In this document: piece by piece, positions 6,468 through 14,936 of the stretch
Position numbering within the stretch: the stretch's first letter is position 1
How the letters are laid out: every line of letters starts with the position of its first letter
NCBI RefSeq assembly: GCF_018336915.1
Contig: NZ_CP064924.1
Span: 210,001-242,000 of the forward strand
Source of the DNA: Acaryochloris marina S15
Lineage (GTDB): Bacteria; Cyanobacteriota; Cyanobacteriia; Thermosynechococcales; Thermosynechococcaceae
DNA: 32,000 nt
Direction of reading: 5' to 3'
Translations under genes and position numbers: made by a program
Notes under the pieces: model-generated
Database searches by the model: none
The model's input: only the letters and a program-made list of their open reading frames with translations
Told to the model about the DNA's origin: nothing

Positions 6468-9400
6468 ATGCCCACACACCACTCATCCCAATCCTTCACT
6501 CCCACCCGCAAGGGCAACCCTTGCAACCTCTGCGGGGATATCCAAGGCAAGTGTAGACAGACCAATAAACTCAACCTCTGCATGACCCTCTCAGGTCAGA
6601 TTGCTGGCTATCGCTACCTGGGCCAGTCCAAAGATGGACTCTGGGGTAAGTACGTCCTCGATGACGGGCAAGATCTCAGCCAGGAAGACCGGGAACGTCT
6701 ATGGCAAGAGCAACGCATACTCAGAGAGCAACGTGCCCAAGCTGAGGCTCAACGCCATGCCCAATCCCTCCCTGCTCCTGAACGAGATCGTCTCTATCGC
6801 CAGCTCCTAGGCCAACTTACCCTCCACCCTGCGGATCGGGCAGACTTGCATCGTCGTGGATTTACCAATGAGCAAATCGAAGACTGGGGGGTGAAGTCCG
6901 TTGAACAGTGGCAACCGCTCACTATCGAACTGCCCCATACCTTGCCAGGGGTAAACCTAGATGGGAAGTCGCTCAATACTCCAAGACCGGGGTATCTCTG
7001 CCCCATCTTAAATACAGACGGTCTGATTGTCGGTTTCCAAGTTAGATCTCGTGACTCCAAGAATAGACTTAAATACTACTGGCTTACCGGGAAGACCAAG
7101 AAACGACCCAACGGACCTACGCCACACCTCCCCACTGGTGAACTACCCCTAGCAGTCCACCAACCAGAGCAGCCCCAAAGTGATGCCATCGCACTTGTTG
7201 AGGGAACTGGGGCTAAACCTCACCACCTCGCTCAGCGACTGGGACTCATCACCATCGGCGCGGCTGGTGGTTTATTTGCAGCATCCCCTGAAACCCTGAA
7301 AGCAGCTCTGGTTCAGTTCGGCACAACCACTATTGAGTTCTACCCAGATGCAGGGGCGATTCAGAACAAGTCAGTGTTGCGACAATACCGGGCAACTTGG
7401 GAACTTCTCAAAGATTGGGGCTACAGTGTCAGGGTCGCATGGTGGAAGCAAACAGATAAACGCATCCATCTTGACATCGATGAGCTGGAAGACCTTAGTC
7501 AGATTCAGTATTTGTCAGTGGCTGACTTTAAACGGATTGCAGCCCAGTGCAATCAGCTATTGCACAAGCTCCAAGACGCTCTCACAGCTTTTACCCATCC
7601 TTTATCGACCGCTCAAGGGTTTGCTAATTCTAATGAACAACAAACCCAGACCCCTAACCCTTGCGGAACGAAGCGAACTGCATCATATGACGAAAGTGCT
7701 GAAATACTACCTACAGCAAGTCGTCGAGTTAGACGATCCCATCCCCGTGTTGCACGACTGCTTAGAACCCATCGCAGACAGCAACATGTTTCCAGACTTC
7801 GACTGGAGAACTATCGAAGGCGCATTAGAAGACGTTCTGCAACATCGACAGACCATTCAGGGAGCAGCATCCATAGCCGCGCTGAAGATAACGGGACTCT
7901 CGATACAGCAACGTCTCTAGTCCACGAATACGAACCGGGCCAACGACTCCAGACCTGGCAAACTATCAGCGCATCAGGGTTTCCCTATATCCTCGACCAG
8001 TCCCAACCGGGTACAGGCAAAAGCTATGACTCTGGGAAGATTAACCCCATTGATTTCAAGGTATCTCAGGTCATCTACCTGTCAGACCAACACCGCAATC
8101 CCACCGTACCAACCCTAGAACGCAGTAACAGCTGGTGTGACTTAGAAGCTCGGCATGGGGGGCTAAGTCGGGTCGGTAATCGACTCCAGCGTTCTGCTAA
8201 GGGCGATGCCTATTCGGTACCTGCCAACTGTAGTCGGATTGGAGTCTTGAATGCCCTGCGGGACAAGAATATCCCCGGTGCAGATACAGCCAGTCTCATC
8301 TGTGGAACCTGCACTGCTCGGGAAGCCTGCATCAATGCAGAGGGACCGGGGTATGGATACTTGAACCAGCGGCGTACTGTCTTGGGTTCACCTCTATTAA
8401 GGGCACACCCTGATAGCTTGCCTGACCCAGAAGACTACCCCCTAGAAGAAGCTTTGCTGATTTGGGATGAGCCAGGGCAGAACTTCCAGGTCAAGCAATC
8501 GGTAGTTGTCACCTTCAACGACTTACAGCAGACCATCTCAACACTCATTCTTTATCCCGAAGTGTTTGCCTTAGTGCAGCCCTTGTTAGTAGCACTTCTA
8601 CCATTATTGGACGGGTCCGAAAACCTGGGAAAATATGGACTGAAGCATCTGGAGGTACAAGCGAAACTCCCCGATATGACTGGGGTAAAGCTAGGAGAAA
8701 TCGCACAAATCCTCATACCTAGCCTGGGGTTCCTGAATACCACTTCAGACTATGGGGTGGACCTCGCAGACTTACCCAAGCAACTCAGAAAGGCATTCTC
8801 TGAACGGGACTCTGAGATGGCAGAACAGGCCAGGGATAAAGTCATCAAGCAATGGCTAGTGCCCCTGATCCGAATACTGCAAGGTAGTGCAGGCTGTATC
8901 CAAGTCAGTCACTACGGCCTGATCCTCAACACCCCTAATCCAAGGCACCGGGACTTAGCACATGCAGCCCAAGCCAATGTGTTTCTTGATGCCACGCTAT
9001 CCCGTGAAGACTTAGCCCTGAAGCTGGGTTGTTCTCCAGATGAAATCCTAGTGGTGCGCCAAGCTGTCCCAGTTACGAACAACCTGGAAATCATTCAGGT
9101 CAAAGACATGGGGCGCATGGGCATGAGTCGTGGGGGTGATCAGGTGAAGCGGACTGCGGCTCTGGCTGGACATTACCGGGACATGGATCAAGAAACCACC
9201 AGGGTTCTAGATTTCAAGCGATTTGAAGAGGATGGGGCCTGGTGGCGGGATAGCCGAGGGGTCAATGATTTTCTCACCGTGCAGACATTGGTATTGGTAG
9301 GCACTCCCTGCCGCAATCTCAATGACCTCGCCGCTGAGTTTGCGATTGTCTGTGGCTATTACCCAGAAGACGATGATCCAGAGTTCACCGCATTTATAGA

Positions 9401-9971
9401 CCGTTCCATCCTCGCAGAAATTCACCAGGCCATTGGACGACTGCGGGCACATCGGCGTCCTGGGGAATCTCTACAAGTGGTGCTGATTTCCAATATTGAA
9501 ATGGATACCCCCATCCAGGTAGTCCAAGCAAAGGATCTAACGATTGAAGCAGCAAAGAAAACGGAGCGGGTGCAAATCGCTATCGAATCCGCGATTCTCC
9601 AGTTGCAGGCTAAAGGCGAGAAAATCACCCAGCAGATCGTTGCGGGCATGACCCAAATCCCAAGGGGCACGATTGCCCGATACTGGCGTCTGTTCAATTC
9701 GCTATTAGAAGGTCTAAACAGCAAAATGAACAATTTAAGTAATGGGCAAAATCCAGACCAAGAGACCCATCAAGCGATTGCTGGTGTATTAGATAAGTTG
9801 GCGGATCTGCCCATTAATGAGCTGCTACCGAGCCTGAATGAAGTGTTCTTTGACTGGCTCCAACCAAAAGAGTGGGGATCTGTCTGGAATGAGATTAGTG
9901 TGCCGGGTCAGATGGCGATTCTAGAAGGGTTAGCAATGACGCTGCCCGTGAAGATGCTGGAGAAGTGTTGA
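6468..9971 (+). CDS. plasmid replication protein, CyRepA1-like (N-terminal Cys motif + Toprim-like DUF3854 region + P-loop NTPase)
   Basis: 1167 aa. CNLCGDIQGKCR lies at the N-terminus. ALVEGTGAKPHHL...TIGAAGG is Toprim-like. The Walker A motif QPGTGKS is at about 8004-8024 and a Walker-B-like LLIWDEPG lies downstream. The architecture matches cyanobacterial giant Rep proteins such as pSYSA slr7037 (from memory). Confidence 0.75.
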   Translation: MPTHHSSQSFTPTRKGNPCNLCGDIQGKCRQTNKLNLCMTLSGQIAGYRYLGQSKDGLWGKYVLDDGQDLSQEDRERLWQEQRILREQRAQAEAQRHAQSLPAPERDRLYRQLLGQLTLHPADRADLHRRGFTNEQIEDWGVKSVEQWQPLTIELPHTLPGVNLDGKSLNTPRPGYLCPILNTDGLIVGFQVRSRDSKNRLKYYWLTGKTKKRPNGPTPHLPTGELPLAVHQPEQPQSDAIALVEGTGAKPHHLAQRLGLITIGAAGGLFAASPETLKAALVQFGTTTIEFYPDAGAIQNKSVLRQYRATWELLKDWGYSVRVAWWKQTDKRIHLDIDELEDLSQIQYLSVADFKRIAAQCNQLLHKLQDALTAFTHPLSTAQGFANSNEQQTQTPNPCGTKRTASYDESAEILPTASRRVRRSHPRVARLLRTHRRQQHVSRLRLENYRRRIRRRSATSTDHSGSSIHSRAEDNGTLDTATSLVHEYEPGQRLQTWQTISASGFPYILDQSQPGTGKSYDSGKINPIDFKVSQVIYLSDQHRNPTVPTLERSNSWCDLEARHGGLSRVGNRLQRSAKGDAYSVPANCSRIGVLNALRDKNIPGADTASLICGTCTAREACINAEGPGYGYLNQRRTVLGSPLLRAHPDSLPDPEDYPLEEALLIWDEPGQNFQVKQSVVVTFNDLQQTISTLILYPEVFALVQPLLVALLPLLDGSENLGKYGLKHLEVQAKLPDMTGVKLGEIAQILIPSLGFLNTTSDYGVDLADLPKQLRKAFSERDSEMAEQARDKVIKQWLVPLIRILQGSAGCIQVSHYGLILNTPNPRHRDLAHAAQANVFLDATLSREDLALKLGCSPDEILVVRQAVPVTNNLEIIQVKDMGRMGMSRGGDQVKRTAALAGHYRDMDQETTRVLDFKRFEEDGAWWRDSRGVNDFLTVQTLVLVGTPCRNLNDLAAEFAIVCGYYPEDDDPEFTAFIDRSILAEIHQAIGRLRAHRRPGESLQVVLISNIEMDTPIQVVQAKDLTIEAAKKTERVQIAIESAILQLQAKGEKITQQIVAGMTQIPRGTIARYWRLFNSLLEGLNSKMNNLSNGQNPDQETHQAIAGVLDKLADLPINELLPSLNEVFFDWLQPKEWGSVWNEISVPGQMAILEGLAMTLPVKMLEKC

Positions 9972-10192
9972 GGGTGCGGTGTCGTTTGCGGAACTGATCA
10001 AGACGCTGAATATGCCTGACATTAGCGATTGAGAACTCTTCGGCTTAGAGGCACCAAGTTTTACCGCTGCTTGCCGACAGAATAAAGTCGATCTGGATAT
10101 TCGAAGATATTTATTGCATACTGCCCTTTTAGGGCTTGTCTGCGGTTCAATATTGAAGGACAAGCTCTAAAAGTGAGTAAATTGGGATCGCT

Positions 10193-12589
10193 GTGGCATT
10201 AAAGAAATCAGAACTTTACAGCTCACTTTGGGCTAGCTGCGATGAGCTGCGGGGTGGCATGGATGCCAGCCAATATAAAGACTATGTATTGGTGATGCTG
10301 TTTATCAAGTACGTCAGCGATAAATACGCGGATGTCCCCTATGCTCCAATAACGATTCCACCAGGGGCTAGCTTTGCCGATATGGTCGCTCTTAAGGGCA
10401 CTAGCAACATTGGTGATGACGTCAATAAAAAGATCATTGGACCACTGGCATCCGCAAATAAGCTGTCCGATATGCCGGACTTCAACGATGCAACGAAGTT
10501 GGGCAGTGGCAAAGAGTTAGTGGATCGGCTTACCAACCTGATCGCCATCTTTGAAAATAAAGGGCTGGACTTTAGTAAAAACCGAGCCGATGGGGATGAC
10601 ATTCTCGGGGATGCCTATGAATACCTAATGCGCCACTTTGCGACTGAGAGCGGCAAGAGCAAAGGGCAATTTTATACACCGGCAGAGGTGAGTCGAGTGA
10701 TTGCCCAGATCATGGGCATCCGGGATACCGAGACCAGTCCCAGTACGACGGTCTATGACCCGACCTGTGGATCAGGGTCGTTGCTACTCAAGGTCAGCGA
10801 CGAGGCCACTACGTCCGTCTCCCTCTATGGGCAGGAGAAGGATGCGGCGACTTCTGGGTTGGCGCGGATGAATATGATTTTGCATGACAACCCTACAGCG
10901 GAGATTAAACAGGGTAATACCCTAGCTAACCCGTTGTATCTGTCAGAACAAGGGGCACTGAAGACCTTTGACTATGTGATTGCCAATCCGCCCTTTAGCG
11001 ATAAGCGATGGAGTAATGGCGTTTCCCCCGATCAAGATCCCCATGATCGCTTTATCTATGGAATCCCCCCCGATAAACAAGGGGATTATGCCTATCTACT
11101 CCACATTGTTAGATCGCTGAAAAGCACCGGCAAGGGAGCCTGCATTTTGCCCCACGGCGTATTGTTCAGAGGCAATGCAGAGGCAGAGATTCGCCGTAAT
11201 CTGATTCAGCGAGGCTATCTCAAAGGCATTATTGGCCTTCCTGCCAATTTATTCTATGGGACAGGAATTCCGGCTTGCATTGTGGTGATTGATAAGGCCC
11301 AGGCCCAAAACAGCCAAGGCATTTTTATGATCGATGCCAGTGCGGGCTTTATGAAAGATGGAAATAAAAACCGACTGCGGGATATGGATATCCATCGGAT
11401 TGTGGATGTGTTTAATCGCCAGGTTGAGGTGGATAAGTTCTCGCGTCTGGTGCCTTTGGATGAGATTGAGGGCAATGAGTTTAATCTAAATATTCCACGC
11501 TATATCGATAGTCAGCAGGCTGAAGATATTCAAGATATTGCGGGACACCTAAAGGGTGGCATTCCTGAAGTGGACGTGGATGCCTTGCAAAAGTACTGGG
11601 CCGTTTGCCCCCAGCTCAAACAGGCGCTATTCCAAGAGAATCGTCCAGGGTATTTGGATTTGGCAGTGACCAAGGATGGGATCAAGGCCGCGATCTTTGA
11701 GCATCCTGAATTTGTGGCTTTTGTGGAGGAGATGGCAGCGCTGTTTGAGGATTGGCGACAGCGCAGTGTGTTGATGTTGAAGGAATTAGAACTAGGCTGC
11801 AAACCGAAAACCGTGATAGGGAAACTGTCAGAGGATTTACTAGAGCATTATGTTGGCAAGGATTTAATCGATCGGTATGACGTCTATCAGCATCTGATGG
11901 ATTACTGGGCTGAGGTCATGCAGGATGACTGCTATTTGATTGCAGCAGAGGGTTGGCAGGCAGAGACCTACCGCATCATTGAGGTGAACAAGAAGGGGAA
12001 AGAGTCCGATAAGGGATGGGCTTGTGATTTGGTGCCCAAAGCGTTGATGGTGGCACGGTATTTCTCGGCAGAGCAGCTTGCCATTGATGAGCAGACGGCG
12101 AAACTGGAGTCTCTAACTGCACAGATGACAGAGTTAGAAGAAGAGCATAGCGGGGATGAGGGGGCATTTACTGAGCTGGAGAAGGTGAATAAGGCCAATG
12201 TGTCGGCGCGGATAAAGCAGATCAAGGGGGATGCAGAGGCAAAGGCAGAGGAAGCCGTTCTCAAAGCTTGGCTGAAGTTATGCAATCAGCAGGCAGATTT
12301 GAAGAAGGCCATTAAGGTGGCTGAAGCGAAGCTAGATCAGCAGGTCTATGACCGCTATCCATTGTTGAGTGAGGCTGAGATTAAGACCCTGGTGGTGGAT
12401 GATAAATGGCTGGCACGGATTGGGTCGGCTATCGCTGGGGAGATGGATCGGGTTAGTCAAGGGCTGACGCAGCGGGTAAAAGTGTTAGCGGAACGGTATG
12501 AGGTGGCATTGCCAGTATTGACAAATAAGGTGACAGATCTAGAAGCAACGGTGGCGGACCATTTGGTAAAGATGGGTTTCAAGCTATGA
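10193..12589 (+). CDS. hsdM: type I restriction-modification system, methyltransferase subunit M (with long C-terminal coiled-coil extension)
   Basis: GTG start. The N-terminal HsdM block is SELYSSLWASCDELRGGMDASQYKDYVL. The AdoMet motif is DPTCGSGSLL and the catalytic NPPF is at about 10985-10996. It overlaps the next gene by 4 nt. Confidence 0.9.
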   Translation: MALKKSELYSSLWASCDELRGGMDASQYKDYVLVMLFIKYVSDKYADVPYAPITIPPGASFADMVALKGTSNIGDDVNKKIIGPLASANKLSDMPDFNDATKLGSGKELVDRLTNLIAIFENKGLDFSKNRADGDDILGDAYEYLMRHFATESGKSKGQFYTPAEVSRVIAQIMGIRDTETSPSTTVYDPTCGSGSLLLKVSDEATTSVSLYGQEKDAATSGLARMNMILHDNPTAEIKQGNTLANPLYLSEQGALKTFDYVIANPPFSDKRWSNGVSPDQDPHDRFIYGIPPDKQGDYAYLLHIVRSLKSTGKGACILPHGVLFRGNAEAEIRRNLIQRGYLKGIIGLPANLFYGTGIPACIVVIDKAQAQNSQGIFMIDASAGFMKDGNKNRLRDMDIHRIVDVFNRQVEVDKFSRLVPLDEIEGNEFNLNIPRYIDSQQAEDIQDIAGHLKGGIPEVDVDALQKYWAVCPQLKQALFQENRPGYLDLAVTKDGIKAAIFEHPEFVAFVEEMAALFEDWRQRSVLMLKELELGCKPKTVIGKLSEDLLEHYVGKDLIDRYDVYQHLMDYWAEVMQDDCYLIAAEGWQAETYRIIEVNKKGKESDKGWACDLVPKALMVARYFSAEQLAIDEQTAKLESLTAQMTELEEEHSGDEGAFTELEKVNKANVSARIKQIKGDAEAKAEEAVLKAWLKLCNQQADLKKAIKVAEAKLDQQVYDRYPLLSEAEIKTLVVDDKWLARIGSAIAGEMDRVSQGLTQRVKVLAERYEVALPVLTNKVTDLEATVADHLVKMGFKL

Positions 12590-13626
12590 GTCAAGGACCA
12601 TTGGTGTTGCCACCAGATTATGGGGATTGGTTAGCCAGTCTGAAGCAGCGCATTCAGAGTGCGAGATCGCGGGCGGTGCTGGCAGCACATTCAGAACAAA
12701 TTCGTCTCTATCATTCAATTGGCTGCGATATTTTGGAGCGGCAGCGGCAGCAGGGATGGGGTGCGAAGGTCATTAACCGCTTATCGACTGATTTAAGAGA
12801 AGCTTTCCCAGAGATGAAAGGGCTTTCAGTCTCAAACCTGAAGTATATGCGCCGTTTTGCTGAGGAGTGTCCGAATTTGCAAATTGGTCAGCAAGCTGCT
12901 GACCAATTTCCTTGGTTCCATGTGGTGACTTTGCTGACAAAAGTTGCTGATCCAACAGTCCGGGAGTGGTATGCAGTTCAGGCATTGGATGAGGGCTGGA
13001 GTCGTTCGACATTGGAAAAGCAGATTAAGAATCATCTGCATGACCGGCAAGGGGCGGCACTGACCAATTTTGAGCAGCGATTAGCTCAGCCGCAGGCAGA
13101 TTTAGCGGTGCAGGTACTTAAGGATCCCTATCACTTTGATTTTCTGGGGTTGGGGGATGAGGCTCAGGAACGAGATATTGAAGGGGCATTGGTTCGCCAC
13201 ATTACGCACTTTTTGCTGGAGCTGGGGGCAGGGTTTGCGTTTGTGGGCCGTCAGGTGCGATTGGAGGTGGCGGGGGATGAGTTTTTTATTGATTTGCTGT
13301 TCTATCACACGCGACTGAAGTGCTATGTGGTGGTGGAGTTGAAGGCAACGGCGTTTAAGCCAGAACATGCAGGGCAGTTGAATTTTTATCTGAGTGCGGT
13401 GGATGCTCAGATGAAGGCGGAGGATGATCGGCCTACGATTGGGTTGCTGTTGTGTAAGACGAAGAATCAGTTGGTAGCTGAGTATGCGCTGTCGGGGATG
13501 GAGAAGCCGATGGGGGTGGCGGAGTATGAGCTGGTGAGAGCGTTGCCGGAGCCTTTGGATCGGAGTTTACCGAGTATTGAAGAGATTGAGGCTGAGCTGT
13601 CGCGGGAATTGGAGGGGGAAATATGA
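12586..13626 (+). CDS. YhcG/DUF1016-family PD-(D/E)XK nuclease embedded in the R-M operon
   Basis: 346 aa. The N-terminal block LYHSIGCDILERQRQQGWGAKVINRLSTDL...NLKYMRRFAE and the C-terminal block FIDLLFYHTRLKCYVVVELK (D...ExK-like) are typical of DUF1016. There are ATGA overlaps on both sides. Confidence 0.85.
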   Translation: MSQGPLVLPPDYGDWLASLKQRIQSARSRAVLAAHSEQIRLYHSIGCDILERQRQQGWGAKVINRLSTDLREAFPEMKGLSVSNLKYMRRFAEECPNLQIGQQAADQFPWFHVVTLLTKVADPTVREWYAVQALDEGWSRSTLEKQIKNHLHDRQGAALTNFEQRLAQPQADLAVQVLKDPYHFDFLGLGDEAQERDIEGALVRHITHFLLELGAGFAFVGRQVRLEVAGDEFFIDLLFYHTRLKCYVVVELKATAFKPEHAGQLNFYLSAVDAQMKAEDDRPTIGLLLCKTKNQLVAEYALSGMEKPMGVAEYELVRALPEPLDRSLPSIEEIEAELSRELEGEI

Positions 13627-14936
13627 GTAGTGAGAAATTACCAAAAGGTTATAAGCAGACTGAGGTTGGGGTTATTCCAGAAGATTGGGAATTAGATACG
13701 ATTGGACAATCTATGCGTCTGATAAATGGACGAGCATTCAAACCAAGTGACTGGACAGATCAAGGTACACCAATTATCAGAATTCAAAATTTAAATGATT
13801 CAAATGCTTCCTTTAATTATTGTTCTGACGCCACATACATTGAAGATAAGCATCGACTCGAAGTAGGTGATCTTGTTTTTGCCTGGTCAGGAACCAAAGG
13901 GTCATCTTTCGGAGCAAGAATATGGCCTGGGCCATGTGGAGTATTGAATCAGCATATATTTAAGATCATTGCAAATAAGGATAAACTCACACATCAATAT
14001 GCGTTTCTGACTTTGCTAAAGGTTCAAGAAGATATTGAGAAACATGCACATGGCTTCAAAGCATCATTTGTACATGTTAAAAAGGCAGATTTAGTTGGTG
14101 TTCAATTAGCTGTTCCTCCGATAAAAGAACAAAAAGCGATCGCAACTACTCTAAGCGACACCGACGCCCTCATCGAAGCCTTAGAACAACTCATCGCCAA
14201 AAAGCGCCACATCAAACAAGGCACCATGCAGGAATTGCTGACAGGCAAGCGGCGATTACCAGGATTTGGGGAGGGGAAAGGTTATAAGCAGACTGAGATT
14301 GGGGTTATTCCTGAAGATTGGGATTTAGAAAATTTTGGCAATTTAGTCGATTACACAAAAGGATATGCTTTTAAGTCTGAAGAATATACAGATTGTGGAG
14401 TTCGAATCGTCAGAGTTAGTGATACAACTTTTGACACAATTAATAATGATAATGCTGTTTTTATAAATGCTAATTCAGTCTACGAATATAGGAAGTGGAA
14501 ATTACGAGAGTACGATCTTATTTTCTCGACAGTTGGTTCAAAACCACCGATGTACGACTCTCTAGTTGGGAAGGCAATTTTAGTTACACAGCAGCATGCT
14601 GGTAGTTTATTGAACCAGAATGCAGTGTTGATCCGGGCCAAACGATACAGTGCAGAAACTCAGTGTTTTTTGCTGAATCATTTTCGAACCGAAAGATATA
14701 TAAACTATATTGAAATAATTTTTAGAGGTAATGCTAATCAAGCTAGCATCACGCTAGAAGACTTGTTTAAGTTCAAACTACCTCTTCCCTCTTCAGAAGA
14801 ACAAGAAGCGATCGCAACCATCCTCTCCGACATGGACACCGAAATCGCCACCCTCGAAGCCAAGCTAATAAAAACCCGCCAACTCAAACAAGGCATGATG
14901 CACAACCTACTCACCGGGAGGATTCGCCTCGTATGA
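13623..14936 (+). CDS. hsdS: type I restriction-modification system, specificity subunit S (two target recognition domains, TRDs)
   Basis: A GYKQTE[VI]GVIPEDW box occurs twice. Two conserved helices are present: EQKAIATTLSDTDALIEALEQLIAKKRHIKQGTMQELLTG and EQEAIATILSDMDTEIATLEAKLIKTRQLKQGMMHNLLTG. Confidence 0.9.
   Translation: MSSEKLPKGYKQTEVGVIPEDWELDTIGQSMRLINGRAFKPSDWTDQGTPIIRIQNLNDSNASFNYCSDATYIEDKHRLEVGDLVFAWSGTKGSSFGARIWPGPCGVLNQHIFKIIANKDKLTHQYAFLTLLKVQEDIEKHAHGFKASFVHVKKADLVGVQLAVPPIKEQKAIATTLSDTDALIEALEQLIAKKRHIKQGTMQELLTGKRRLPGFGEGKGYKQTEIGVIPEDWDLENFGNLVDYTKGYAFKSEEYTDCGVRIVRVSDTTFDTINNDNAVFINANSVYEYRKWKLREYDLIFSTVGSKPPMYDSLVGKAILVTQQHAGSLLNQNAVLIRAKRYSAETQCFLLNHFRTERYINYIEIIFRGNANQASITLEDLFKFKLPLPSSEEQEAIATILSDMDTEIATLEAKLIKTRQLKQGMMHNLLTGRIRLV

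Noticed and set aside
6192-6556. ORFs 6192..6419 (minus) and 6335..6556 (plus) lie in the rep leader.
   Set aside because: They have no SD sequences or motifs. The second overlaps the rep start out of frame. I treat the region as non-coding leader.
9930-10163. A 77-aa minus-strand ORF lies between rep and hsdM.
   Set aside because: It overlaps the rep 3' end, has no SD sequence or motifs, and sits in what is more plausibly the hsdM promoter region.
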